A DNA stretch of 64,000 nt from Nageia nagi (GCA_050084985.1 JBITNC010000001.1:211730001-211794000), one strand, 5' to 3'; counted from the first letter of the stretch, positions 10,395 to 24,202 are shown. The notes: generated from the letters alone by a model not told the origin. Translations and numbers: made by a program.

Positions 10395-13300
10395 TCTTGG
10401 CGAAGCCTTGGCCTCTACCATGGACCAAAGCCTCCACCTTGTTTCACTCATGCTTGCTCTTATTTATGTTTTTGCGGGTATATTTTTCAGGATTCTTCCA
10501 AATGCTTATTGCTACAATTTACTGCTTAGCATGGGTGAATATGTCAGAATTTTTGCATGTAACCTTGTGTCTTCTAAGGATTTGTGCTCCAGAGTATTCG
10601 CACACATATTTGTGCTTAATGTGGATTGCCAGAAACAGAGTAAAACTCAGCAACATATCAAAATTTTTGCATGCAACGTTGAGACACAAAAGGGGAAGTC
10701 TAACGTTTGATACAAGTCTTCATGGACTAAGTTATCGAGGAAAATTATTGAAGTTGCATTCCACTTCAACGAACTACAATTGTTACTAGTAGTAGAACCA
10801 AAGGATTCTTGGAAGACAATGATTTGTGACATTCTACAATTGCTTGAGGGCAAGCAATTAGAGACGTGAGGCTTTGTAACATTCTTTTTTTTGTAAAAAT
10901 TAATTAATTTTGGAATCCTAAGGATTCCCTTTTTGTAAATATTTACTTCCTCACAAAATTATTATTAATTCCTTGGGATAAAATTATAATGGTCCATTGG
11001 ACCCACTTGTGAGCCCAATGAGAGATCTTTTCCTCCCAAGCTAGGATGTGCTATTTTATTTTTCATTGGTGATCCTAAAGATGATTGTGGGAATCCCAAG
11101 TCTTTTTAGCACCCAGATGACACTAGAGCATGGATTTGCCGCAACGTTGGATTTGGGAGCACTTGTACACATGTGCCAGCCTTGGGGAGACTCCTAGACA
11201 CCCATGCATGCATTCTAGATCCGTCGTTGGCTCATTATGATCCCAAGACACCCACGCATGCTTTCCTTGAACCCCCCACGTGGCATGAGTGACTTCCAAG
11301 CACCCACGTTGAGCATGAGGTTGACCCAATACCCATGTTGGGCATTGTTTGACCCCTAGGCACCTTTGTTGGGTTTGGTGGGGCTTCTAGGAAGCCAACG
11401 TTGAGACAAAAGGGTTGGGTGATGACTTTGAGGTGAGATTCGGATCCAATGATGAGCTACATAAGGCTAAGGAGCCTCAATTTTGAGATATACTGAATTT
11501 GATATTGAAACCCTTCTATTCGGAGCTATCAAAGTCTTGGCCATGTTAAACACCCTTGAGCGCAATGCACAAGGAGAGTGCAGAAGGCTTAGGATACCTT
11601 CTGTCTTACACGATTGAGTTGTTGTTTGTGCAAGTGAGGTTGCCCTACCTTGAGGCGTCCACGAGTTGTCTTCATCTTTGAATCCATCCGGTGACATTCC
11701 GGAACCACACCCTATCTCTTTGTCAGGAGCTAGTCTATGAGGGAGCCCTTCAGTAAGGCATGCACATAATTCGTAGGAGGTGGTTTTTCTACCCCAGCTT
11801 CAGCATCTATCTCAACACTACATGTGCCCTAGTTGGCTCCTTGGAGGCCAATGTCGAGCCCTTTAGGCTTGATATTGTATTATTCACTACTTTAATCATT
11901 AATACAGCTATGGGCACTTTGGATGTCAATAATAGTCTCATTGTGTGATGTTCATGCTTCTATATTCCCCATGTTGAGCTATTTTGTATGTTTGTACTTG
12001 TGTAATGCAATGTTGGCATATCTGGATGTATTTGGCATAGTATATTAGCCTTGGTTTATGATGTTGGCATTCTTGGATTGATATTTCATATATTTGATGC
12101 CCTAGATCAGATGTGGCATGCTTGAGGGCTAGTTTTGATATTTTGAAGTATTTTATTTGGCTAATATGCACTTGAGATTTTTAGGGGATATTACAATGTG
12201 TGATGCTCTAAAATATATGTTATACCAAATTATTAGCAAAATGTGCAATGAATCATGCTATGAGCAAGAAACAATGCCACAAATATTCGATGCACAAGCC
12301 AAATATGAGATCCAATCACTACACTTCAATATATAGCATCAATGGAGCAAATACAATGCAATAGAATCCAGAAAGGCTAACGTCACAATGCTAGGGTTTC
12401 AACATCCAGATCTAAAATGAAGAACTGAATGAGACTAAGGGTTTCCGTCCTTAGTCAAGATCTAGTAAGGATTTCGTCCCACTAAACCATTCCCTTGCTA
12501 GGTTGTTGTCCAAGAAGAGGCCCAAGAGATGACTCCACGTCACACTTAGTAGCTCAAAGAGTATGGGATGTATGAATAAGCCAAAAGATACCTCTCAATG
12601 CTATGGTAGGCCACTATATAGATAACACCTCATTATGGACTCCTAGATCATGCCTAGGAATCGAGAAGGATATGATGCCTCACTCCACACACATGGATTG
12701 GCCTCGAGATCATGCCACATTAGATGTCTCATGTCTTATCCCATGTTGGGACCTTGGGATCATCACAATCATGCCTAGGTACAATTAACACACCTATCTA
12801 GCTCAAGGAGGGGGACATCCCAATTTGGGGCTCACAATTGGTCCCTTGGATCCATAAGTCTCCTATCTTGAGATTACATTATGCCTAAGGATACATGCTA
12901 ATAATAATCAAATACTCCTTTTTATTTAAACACTCCTAATTTACATCTTATCATGCTTAGATGCTCTTTAAGGGGAGACATCAATCCTTAGGTGGACCTC
13001 ATGGGAATAATAAATAATTTGGGACATTACATGGTGTTACAGACAAAAATAATATTTTAACCCTATGATGTTGGACACTTCATTCTTCGGTGCAATAATG
13101 AGTTATTGAGCACTCTAAGGATGGACATTTCACCTCTAGGTGTATTTTGAGTTAATTTAAGTCTAATTAGGAGTCTTTTATATTATATTAATAAATGTGG
13201 GCCATATTTGTAAATTGAGGACCCAGTTTATTCCTCAATCTTGAGCGCCCAATATAGGAAGGTCTAATTTGTAATTAGGAGTGATTTATTGTCTAGGTTG

Positions 13301-13759
13301 GGTCAGCCAACCATAAAATAGAATAAGGATTCTCTAAAGGTGCACTATAAAAGGGAGATGAGTGCTTGATTCAAAGCATGTTATGATATCTTTTAAATCC
13401 CCTTTTTGGAGCGCAAGCTTCTCTCTCTTCGATGGACAAAAACCCTAAGGAGAAACCCCACCTTGTGGATGAAAACCCTCAAGTTGGTCAACTAGTCCAT
13501 GATGGTACACTTATTCAGAAAATTAGCCTCGGAAGACCTGGAGTGTTCGAGTGAAGATCTACCCTTGTTTGTTGAGCTTTGAAGGTGAAAAGTAGATCTT
13601 GGAATTCTATCCAAGGCCTAGGAGTGAGACGTTCAACCTCAAGGAGGCAGTTGGTGAATTTTTGCATCTTCAATTTGGTGATTCTAACTCCTTGGTGAGA
13701 TGTCACCCTTTTGGAGTCCATTTGAGCTCTTTAAGTCTGCAATATACTAAAGCGGAGTC

Positions 13760-16700
13760 ACTTGCGTGGTATTAGGATACCAACAGGGCAGCCGTGGCAA
13801 TTAGAAGGTGGATGTTGGATGAGCACCACGGCCTAAAGGGGAATGCCCTCATTAATTCTTCACGCTCCCACTTCAACCCGTCTGTGGAATTGATGATCCT
13901 TATGTTGTCGAGGGTCCTTGGTAAAGAAGATGCATCTAAATTGAGCAGGTCAGTATGCATCCATCCATGGCAAGAATCCATTTGAGCAGGTAGTGCAACA
14001 AGTCAGGAACACAGTGGACGAGCATGATATGAGAGAGTTGGAGCGTGTGGCAGCTGACAAGATGTTGAGGTGTGTCAGAAACAAGGAGAAGGATCCATCA
14101 CCACCTCAAAGGCCACCTAAAGGAGTAGCTTCACGCCCACCCCAAACTATTCCACCATCCGGGTTTGCATCTTCTGGCTCCTTGTATGAACCTGACAACA
14201 GTCCTGAAGGAGAACAAGAAAATGAGCTCGAGGATGATGTCCATGAGAATGAACTTGAGGAAGGAGAATATGAAAGTTTGCTTGGAGAAAAATCGGAGGA
14301 GGAACGTGAGGAAGAACCAGAAAATGAACATGTAGCCAATACGGGGCCTCGCGATGATATTCCTGATGGGCAAAAAGATGATGAGTCCTTAGAGATTTTG
14401 GAGGTGGTCCACAAACCTGCTTCTTTGTAGCCTTCAATATCTCAAAGGAAAGGCAAAGGCCCAACTTCTTAATTAGTGCCAAAGAGGGCACAGTTGAAAA
14501 GGGGATCCTAGTCTCGATCATTGGAAGCATCTGAGGAAGTTGCAGAAGAGGAAGGTAGACCTTTGAAGATAACCAAGAGGAACGTCACCAATACTACAGA
14601 AACAATTGTTGAGACCCACCAGCCTTCACCTAATCATGAATGAGGCATGGACATGGATGAGTGCCTTGACATCTTTAACATGGACGTTGGGGAAGAGTTT
14701 GGAGCAAGGGAAGCCAATGATCAAATTGGAGAGAGCTCCACTCGCTTGGGAAAGGGTCGAGAATTACGCACATATGATCGACAATGTAGTATACAGCAAG
14801 TCCTTAGTGGCTGACAAAGACAACCCTCAATGTCCCGGAGACCTGAAGCAGATTAATTAGATCATCAACATAGGTCCCATTGGCATGATTGGAAGGAAGC
14901 ACACAATTATTTTAAATATGGAGGCAATTGCCAATGATGGGTTGCTAAAGGAGAAAGAGATAAAGAGCCTCAAGGCGTTAGTTTCCTAGAAGAGATTGAC
15001 TTGCGAGCTTGAGTCAGCCAAAGTGCCAATAGATAAGGTCCGAAAGGTGAAGCCCCTTAGAGAAGGTATGAATGAAGTGAAGCAGGAGGTGATCAACGGG
15101 GTCTTGGCAGTGCTGAAGCAGTTTATTGGTGCCCTTCAGTCTCACTTGAGGAAGAGAAGCTGAAGAACATCATGATCGAAAGGGTCAGGCTCCTCAAGAT
15201 TCTAGATTCCCGAAAGCCTATGATACTGAGGTTTGAGGCAACACAAGACCAGAGACCTGAAGATACCAAATTTTGTGAAGACTACTGGTTCTAATTGGGT
15301 GTGATTAATCAGTTGCTTGCTTGTTTCCAAGATACCAAGAAGGAGGTGGCCATGATCAATGACAAAGCCAACTTATGCCTTCAGCAAAATGGATTTTCAG
15401 GTCTAGTTCTTGGAGGAAGACACCACCATCAGAGAGGCTGACATAGTGGTGACAAAGGTTAGATACCTTCTCCACAGTTTGATCATGACGGAAGATGTGA
15501 ACTCTTATCAATCTGGGAGTCATTTGAGACACATGCTGCGAGCCCATACATGGATTAGTGAGATGCAAAGGCTGATCGATGAGGTCGGGGATAGTGTTGT
15601 TGCTAGTAAGCCGATGTTTTTGGAGATTTTGTGAGGATTGGAGCTTACGACGAGATTCTTGAACAAGGGTTTCGAGGAACAAGTTGCAGGCTTGGGCCCA
15701 CCATTGGCCTAGTCACTATTTCAGTTTATTTTTATTATTTTCAAAAGTTTTATTTATTTCTAGCAAGACATTTTACAATTTTATTTTATTCCCAAACTTG
15801 TGAAGGATGAGGATTTGCTCCCACAAGTTTGGAAGAAACTTTGTAATGCCATGTGATGTATTTTTATTGGACCATATTTATTTGTCTTGAAACTCATGAT
15901 TAGGGTTAGGGCAAAACTTTTGGTTGCTCCAAAACTATTTATACCCCATTTTGATTCATTTGTAAAGGGATTGACAATTTTAACAATTAAGGAACTTTTG
16001 TTTGCAAGGCCAAAAATTCTCTAAGTTGTTGAATGTGGTGTATGTTAGTGCAATTGTGATTATATGCTTCTCATGTTAGAATGGTGAATGTGGATGAGTG
16101 ATTGATAGTGCGATCTACTTCATTCTATCATTGCTTTGTGTTAGTTCAATCGCTTGGTGCATGTTGTGATTTTCTTTGAAGTGGACGAGAGAGTGTTTGA
16201 ATATCTTGTGAAGTGATTGATTAGCATCCTGTTGATGATACTTTACCTTTTGCAGTTCAGTTTGGATATCGCGAAATGTCTCATTGATGTCGCTCATCAT
16301 AGGAACTTCACCTGGATCTTCTAGTCCTACCTCCATCCCATCACACTTCATCCTTGCCATAGCTTCACGCTCCTTCCACTAGGCCATTTGTGTTGTTGGC
16401 TAGTGGAAAGGATAGAGGGTGCTTGGAACCTAGAACAAGACTCAACGAATCGACTTCCGAGGTCATTGTCTCAAGCCCGTGGTTTGCATGCCCACAACTA
16501 CATCTTACTCCCCACGGTCTTTCCACGAAGTTTTCTTTATTTTGTTTTACACTTTTTTTACGTGATTTTCGAACCCATATTTCCCTTTTAGCATTTTCCA
16601 AAAACAACCTAGTTGAAGCCCGAACACAGAACTCAGAGTCCCTTGAATCCACACATGATATTCATGTTGGTGACTGCTTTAAACATCTCAGCTATTCCTT

Positions 16701-16807
16701 GAGTTATCTTTGCCTAAGTCGTGAAGCTAACCTTTGGGGTAACCAATCTCCATAGCGGGAGGGAGTAACGTCCCGTCACCTGAGGTGTTGGTGTTTTTTC
16801 CACTACT
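13760..16807 (+). mobile_element. Decayed retroelement segment: broken acidic/coiled-coil accessory ORF (13760-15700) followed by a large LTR-like region (15700-16807)
   Basis: Colinear broken ORFs 13794-13985, 13993-14430 and 15410-15634. Region 15800-16620 is similar to 61230-62080 (ctcccacaagt, ttagggttaggg, catttgtgttgttgg). Confidence 0.55.
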
Positions 16808-16809
16808 AT

Positions 16810-19330
16810 AGGGTAGGAAAGAAAAACCACCGAACAGTAGGGAGTGAGAGTGAATAGAATTATGACATTGGTTGGGAAAGCTTGATAGAGTAGTTAGTGG
16901 TGTGAAGCCCATTGAAGTAGGTCATGGTAGGATGAGTATTAGGACTCAGAGCAGGGGCGAGGTGGAGGACGAGAGAGATAGGTGGAATGGAGAGTGAAAG
17001 ATAAGGTAACATTGTCGGTGAGGGGTAGTTGAAGAGAGACAAACTTTTTAATTGTGGAGGATAAGAGAGCTCTACTAACAAGAACATAATTGGCAACACT
17101 TGTGCCCTGCTATATAGAAAGTAAGTGAATCCATTGGAGTTAGAGAAGCAAGGAATCTTGTTGAGTATGTGAATATTATGTGACTTATGGTATGCAGTGA
17201 TAGAAATAGCTACATCGACTTTAGCTTGAAGAAAACTCAAATCCTCAAAAACAGACATTGGAAGGCAAAGATCATGCTTAACAAGATCTTGAACAAGAAC
17301 TTGGTGGACTCTAGTACAAGTGTTGAAGTCATTGAAGAGGATAACCTCACCCATAGTAGAGAAATGGGAGATCTTTGAGTAAAGGTTGAGGAGCTGGTCC
17401 CTATCTATATGAATATTGAAAGGAGAAGAAATCGAGGGCAAGTAACACTCTGCAATGTAGACCTCATCATGGACCCGCAACGACGTAAGTTTAGAATGCA
17501 CATTTGAAGCTAGCAAAGATATAATGAATCAAAGGTTTTCTTGTATGAGGGAAGTGACACTACATGATGTATGAGTCTTACACATAAAGGCTAAGAAGCA
17601 AATATGGCCAATAATAAGATGTGGGGGCTTTTAGGGCTTTGACGGGTCTTGGTGAAGAAAGATGATATGTCATGAAGCTATGACATCTTAAAAGGTTCTT
17701 GGGGAAGACCATAAAGAATCATTATAATTTTAGTATGCAACAGAGAAGTCATTAGCATCAATTGAGACCTAGGGGCAACATCAATTAGAGGGTCCAAGAT
17801 ATGACCATCCTAGAGGTGGGTTATCAAGGTACGAGCTTTTTGAAGCTCCTCCACTTGAAGTCGTGTGAGATTGGCATCCAAATAGATCTTGTTGGGGAGA
17901 GAGAATAATTTGTTTTTTGCTCGCAAGGCTTGCAAATGTTCTTCTATTGGTCAAAAATGTAAAACAAGGATGTCACCTGGGTTAGTTCAAGGCTTTTCCA
18001 AAGAAATGTTCTTCAAATCCAAGGTTTCATGTAGAAAAACATGACCAACTTGTATAGGGTATGTGATTTCTGGGAGGGCATGAATGAGAGGATTGAGTTG
18101 CTTGGTGTGGCCTATCCTCTCTTCTTCAAATTTTATGGACTGTTCTTGGGTAGCATATTCGTATTTTAAGTGTTCCTGTTGGGAGAGGATCTTGGATTGT
18201 TTGTAAATGATGGTGTGGAATTACGACTGTTAGGGAGGCACGAAATTGTTCAATTTTGTTGATTTTGTCTATCAAGCCCATTATGAGATTATAGTTCTCC
18301 TACAATACCCTCGTATTTTTCAATTTAGTTACTTTTTTGTAACTCTTTTTTGGTGTCTTTTACTTGCTTGATCTGAGGGTGTTGGTCCCTAGAGAACATG
18401 GTTGTGGTCATGACAAAAGTAGTTGTAGGCACGAGTGTAGGATCAATCTGGGTGTGGATGTGGCAAGTTCTAAGTGAATACAAATGCCATGTAGGAGCTA
18501 GAGAATGTCACAATCCTTGAATTGGTCTTGATATGGATGTAGTTGTTGTAGTTTCTAAGCAAGGGTTGTAGAAACTATTATGATCCTTGAATTAATACTA
18601 TGCGAGCAATGAAAATGCACGTGTAGTAGAGCACTTAGGATGTGGTCTATGAGTTGTTGAATACTTTTTCTGGTTCAACCTCCCAAACTGGACGAAAGGG
18701 CTTAGAGTAACGGTGGATGTGCAAAGTTGGAGATGAATGTGAGCAGAGCCTAACATGTGCTAAGAGCAGATGCACATTCTAGAAACAAAGATTTAGATTT
18801 GAACTTTAGTAAGTTTGGGGATCAACAATGTTTTGAGTATGTGATCTTGTTGCTTCTTTGTGGAAACAAAAACCTAAGGTTCAGAACATTGGAACAAATG
18901 TTCAGTTGCTGTAACAAACTCTTAGATGAGAGGTTCAGCCATGGAAATAGAAGTTTGCAAGTGTTGGAGCAGAGAAGAATGTATTATGATATTCAAATCC
19001 TATTGATAGGTGTGCAACTCAAATATAGTGATCACATGGCCAAGGGCCCAAGACAAACATGTGCAAGGCAAATCATGTGGGTTAGATAGGTGGGCTTTGG
19101 GCACATGGCTTAGGCAATGGAATGCATGGCTAAGCGGGGTTCAAACGGTTGTTGGAACATGTGGCTTAGATGCACTTAGGTGGAAATACATGACCCAGGG
19201 TGGAAAATGCATTAATTAGACACAAAGGGTAGTGCATTGGAACAAATGCTCGGGTTGTGTTGGATTGCCTTGGAATAGGGTGATTATCCATGAAATAGAG
19301 AGAACACTAAGGCTGTATTCTATGAACTAG
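16810..19330 (-). mobile_element. LINE 5' part: ORF1 remnant and APE-type endonuclease
   Basis: ORF 16860-17516 has YIAECYLP..GEVILFNDFN..NGFTYF, resembling the EEP endonuclease GDFN region. Upstream minus frame has LNPLIHALPE...KIYLDANLTRLQ, resembling LINE ORF1. The 5' boundary is approximate. Confidence 0.7.
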
Positions 19331-20456
19331 ATTGACTGCATAATGACTTATGCAAAGCCCCTAAATAGTTGATGTTTTTTTAATTTTGTGTTGGTGTTTT
19401 TCACATTGAAAGAAAACATACTCTTTCCCTCATAACCTCTCAAGTATGTTTTTGTCCTTTGGGGACTAAATTTCTGGTTTTGCAGTGCTGTCCTATCATT
19501 AAAACTACTCTTTTAGATTTATAATATTGTTAGAAACAAGGTTCTTACAGACTAGGGGAAAGGAAATAAGGGGATGAGTCCCTAGGGACGATAGGGGATG
19601 ATGACCCGATTTCAAGAAACACGAGGGGGACGAAAAGTATATATATATATATTAAAAAATCCCTAGAATTTTTAGATTTAAGAAAACTTAAAGTAAATAT
19701 TACTTATTAGATATAGTTTCAATGTTTCATTCATCATTAGCATTCATGATTCATTCAGGGACCAATTCAAAATGTAACATACTTTGAAAATGAAAATATG
19801 TAACTACTAACATACTAGCAAGTAATATGACTATAAAATGAAAATGAGAAATCTGAATTATAAATGATAAATCAGAATGAGCCATAAATATAGTCTAATA
19901 ATTATAGTCAATAAGCATAATGCCATTAAGTTTGAATATGGTAAGGCCCAAAAACATGGTCTTTGACATGAATATGTCAAATAAGTCAGAATGTCAAAAA
20001 CTAAAACAATAAAGTAGAAGCCTATTGGGTCATGAGGTATTGCATGTCTATCGGTATCACTATCAATTTCTTCATCTGAATAGCTACTCTCATCATCCAA
20101 AGCAACAACTTTCAATGGAACTCCAACCAAATCCTATTGATCCTCATACTGAGTCATATCCTGTACATCAACATCCCATCGTGTAGTTGGAGATGCCTTA
20201 TACTCTGGTCTAACTCTATCACATAGGTGAAGAGACCTATGCACTATAACTAGCTTATACACTCTACGAGATGTAAGTCTGTTCCTCCTCAAATTGTGAA
20301 CAAATCCATATGTGGACCAATTCCTCTCCACAAGAGAGGAACTAGCAACCTGGGAAAGAAACCTAATTGCAAGATATAGCAAATTAGGTGTATCATCTTC
20401 GCATAGCATCTACCATCCAATGGGATATCTTTGGTCAATGGGATAGCCCTATCGTG

Positions 20457-21879
20457 TGTAATAACCCCAAAATATTCTCAAGTGCAAATTAGCCAAATAA
20501 AGTACTCCAAAATATCAAAACTAGCCCTCAAGCATGACATGTCTGACCAAGGGCATCAAATACATGAAATAGCAAGCCAATAATACCAACGATGTGTCCC
20601 ACAAGTAAGATATCATTTCTATGAGTCAACGTCACAACCAAGAATGCTCCAATTAAGCACGATACATCAATAATAGTATAGGAATACTAACGACTCAACA
20701 TACAAGCATGAATACATCCAAATTGCCAATGTTGCATACAAGGAAGCATAAATATATCAAACACACAACAACATGAGACAATCAATGAGATCCAAAGTAC
20801 CCACGATTGTATTAATGATGAAAGTAGTGAATGCTACAATATCAGGCCCAAAGGGCTCAACGTTGGCCTTCATGGAGCTAACTAGGGCACATGTAGTACT
20901 AAGATAGATGCTGAAACTGGTGTAGAACAACCACCTCCTACCAATTCTATGGATGCCTCACTGAAGGGCTCCCTCACAGACTAGCTCTCGACGAAGAGAT
21001 CAGGTGTGGTTACGGAATTGCATCGGATGGATTCAAAGATGAAGACCGCTTGTGTACACCTCAGGGTAGGGCAGCCTTACTCACACGAACAACACCTCAA
21101 CCGTGTAAGATAGAAGGTGTCCTAAACCTCTTGCGCTCTCCTTATGCACTGCGCTCAAGGGTGCTTGACACTACCAAGACTTTGGTAGCTCTGTAGAGAA
21201 GGGTTTCAGTATCAAATTCAGTCTATCTCAAAATTGAGGTTCCTTAGCCTTATGTAGCTCATCATTGGATCTAGATCTCAACTCAAAGTCATCACCCAAC
21301 CCTCTTGTCTCAACGTTGGCTTCCTAGAAGCCCCATAAAGCCCAACGGAGGTGCCTAGGGGTCAAACAAGGCCCAACGTGGGTATTTGGGTCATCCTCAT
21401 GCTCAACGTGGGTGCTTGGAAGTCACCCATGCCACGTGGGGGGTCCCAGAAAGCGTGTGTGGGTGTCTTGGGATCACAATAAGCCAACGTGGGATCTAGA
21501 ATGCATGCGTGGGTGTCTAGGAGTCATCATGGGCCAACGTAGGGGTCTAGGAGTCTCCCCATGGTTGTTGCATGTGTACAAGTGTTGCCAAATCCAACAC
21601 TGGGGAAAATCCATGCTCTAGTGTCATGTAGGTGCTAAAAAGGGCTTGGGATTCCCACAATCATCTTTAGGATCTCCAAGTGTATTAAATGATAAATTAA
21701 AATACATATCCTAGCTTGGGAGGAAAATGTCCCTCATGGGGTTCATAAGTGGGTCCAATGGACCTTTATAACTCTCTCCCAAGGAATTAACAAAAATTAT
21801 GTGAGAAAGTAAATATTTACAAAAAAGGAATCCTTAGGGTTTCAAAATTAATTAATTTTTGCAAAAAAGGGATTTTACA
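20457..21879 (-). mobile_element. Solo LTR of the element A family (1423 bp) inserted in the hAT transposase
   Basis: TG..CA termini, reverse-complement match to 10875-12195, TSD TCGTG/TTGTG. Confidence 0.92.
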
Positions 21880-24202
21880 TTGTGTATAGCATTTGGTTGG
21901 TTGAAAGGGCCACTACGAGTCACAAATTTGAGCCATTCATATCTAACTCTTGAGCCCTTCTCCATGACATACATCTCGTCAAAGGAAGCTAAAAGTCCTT
22001 TTCTTACCTGAGCAATAGTAAAGAGTGAGTTAAGATTTTATATTTACATGCAAAAATATTTAAAAATAAAATAAGTAAATAACATGAAATAAGAAATTTT
22101 AAGTTAGAATGTGTTTTGATCCAAAAATAAATCACCTTTGTATCTTCATAGGGAGGCACTTTCCCAAGCCTAGGCTCATACCGCTTTGGATTTATTGCAT
22201 AAGCTGCCATATGAAGAAGTTTGTTGATTTTATCCACCTCTTTTGTACAATAAGTCTAATGTGTCTCTCATAGAATGATAGATCTTTCACATATGATTCT
22301 CTTCATCTTTCGTAATATGCTATCAAATGTCTTATAAATCTCCTAGAGTAGGAGCATCTGCATCAACGTATATCTGATAATTGCAACAATTGGGCTTTTG
22401 AAAGACACAATGCACCTACAAGAAATTAAAAAAAAAACAACTTAGATTATGAGCAATGAATAATCTAATTTAAAATTAATTTTAACATTTATAATTTCTT
22501 ACTAGGCATCATTTTACCATCTTTCATTTAATATTTTATCTTTGATTCTCTCCCTCCTCTGTTTTCGATTCATCCCACCTCTTCCACTTTGTGCATACCA
22601 CTATGATTTGCAAAGCATCTTGCACCTCAATCATCCTCTCCAATAAAATGAAGTAGGTGGCATATCTAGTACCCCCTGGCTTGATGAACTCCTTTGAGAA
22701 GGATCGAAAGATGGATATAGAAGTGTGATGGTTGCAAATGAGCATTTGTAGCTCTTTGGCTTCATAAACTAGATCCTTCACTCAAGGCATCTTTCCATTG
22801 TCCTTCATGTGTTGTTCAATGCATGAACACAACATGGGGTCCAAAAAATATGTTCATAATTGTTTTGTACTATTTTCTCTATTTTTTTGCAAACAGGGGT
22901 TGCATCATTAATCAGCTATAGTATATAACAAAATAGTTTGTTATGCTTTACGCAATATTATAAAATAACATTTCATAAGGAAAAAACTAAAGTTAAAACA
23001 AAAAATGATTACTTGTACAACATTGGTAGCTCTAATCTCATCAATAGCTTCCTTCAACTTTAAGTACATGTACTCAACATCTTTTTATCCATCGAACCAT
23101 TAATGGCTCGAAGAAAATAAGGACTTGATGACAAAACAATTCGGTGAATCAAATGCCAAACAAGAAAAAAAGTTAAAAGTAAAACACCATGTTAGTATGT
23201 AATACTATTAATAATATCAATTAATAAACAAGGTTTAAACTTTATAGTCTAATGACCTGATCTGGATGTAACAATAATATTGATAAGTGGACGATGATGT
23301 CTATCAGTCCACCCATCCATGACTATAGAACACCCAAACCTCAACCATGTCTGCATCATACGTTCCTTATCCAAATTGCATTTGGTATAATGTTTGTCGA
23401 AGTGGGTGGTACAAAGCTTATGATATGAAGGAAATTGATATGAAGGGCCTGCCTTGGCATAACTTTTAAATACATCCTTCACATAAGGGGAATTTGCAAG
23501 ATGAAAAGAAAGCCTATGTGCATAAAACATTAGATCAAATGCATCATCTGCTTCTTCCACTGCTTGCACATTAAGCATATTAGTTATTGCTCTTTTTTTG
23601 AAGGGATGTGGTGGGATATTTTGAGGCTTGAGTTTGTTGACTTGAGATGTCTACATGCTCACTTCTAGCTTTAGATGTTTGGCCAACTACAAAGGGCCCT
23701 AAACTTTTAACTTTGGCCTCTTGAACCAATTTGCAAGCTTCAACCTCTTGAAGATGATTTATATTTTTGCAACCTTTAACCCTTTTTCCTGATTTGTCTA
23801 TCAAATGAGATTCAACCATGGTGTAGCTTCCTTGAAACTTGCTTTTACAAAAATGACATAGCCAATTTCTTGTACCCCCTAAATGTTTTTTTCTTACATC
23901 AAGATTTGTGACAAGTTGCAAAAGTGGTTTTTTCTCATTGAAGGGACCTTTAGCATATTCTTTCAACATTGCTGATGGATAGTCATGATTAGAGGTGCAA
24001 GAAGTTTGAGAAGGTGTTGATAAGATTGTAGAATGAGAATGATGTTCCACTTCCTTCTCAGATTGAAAACCTTCTTCATTACTGCTCATTGTTTCAAACT
24101 TTCAATCTATTGTCCAATAGTCCCTTTGATACTTGTTTGAACAAGCAAAAAAAAAAAAAAAAAATCACTAACAGCCATATGTTATTTCAAATTTATATGG
24201 GA

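Larger units (their letters stand above)
4636..12195 (+). mobile_element. Element A: two-LTR non-autonomous Ty3/Gypsy (gag-protease plus 30-bp repeat region, no RT/RH/INT; TR-GAG-like)
   Basis: 5' LTR 4636-7153 and 3' LTR 10875-12195. PBS TGGTATCAGAG 7155-7165. TSD GTGTG/ATGTG. Gag remnants 7200-9540 (ARAWLHQLQAYF, FYCKNPWEPGHRC) and protease (ALIDLRATDNFI) 9546-9870. Purine-rich tract before 10875. Confidence 0.92.
4634..13031 (-). mobile_element. Solo LTR D (~0.83 kb: 4634-4635 plus 12201-13031), interrupted by element A
   Basis: Removing element A restores TGTGATGCTC...GGGACATTACA flanked by a perfect 5-bp TSD TGGTG (4629-4633 / 13032-13036). Confidence 0.75.
4510..13560 (+). mobile_element. 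LTR-like element C: 4510-4633 joined to 13037-~13560, split by nested insertions
   Basis: Starts TGTAAAATCCCC at 4510 and resumes after TSD TGGTG at 13037. TATA-like ctataaaag at ~13346. Resembles LTRs at 54279 onward and 31142-32308. Confidence 0.55.

Noticed and set aside
15899-15912. TTAGGGTTAGGG telomere-like repeats (also ~61343, ~36603, ~38822)
   Set aside because: Only two units each, embedded in LTRs. At most telo-box-like motifs, not interstitial telomere arrays.
4505-16812. A single clean insertion splitting one LINE (apparent TSD ATAGA/ATAGG)
   Set aside because: The LINE pieces on either side are not adjacent (the RT is missing) and the two ends do not form matching LTR termini. 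The 4-of-5 match may be chance.
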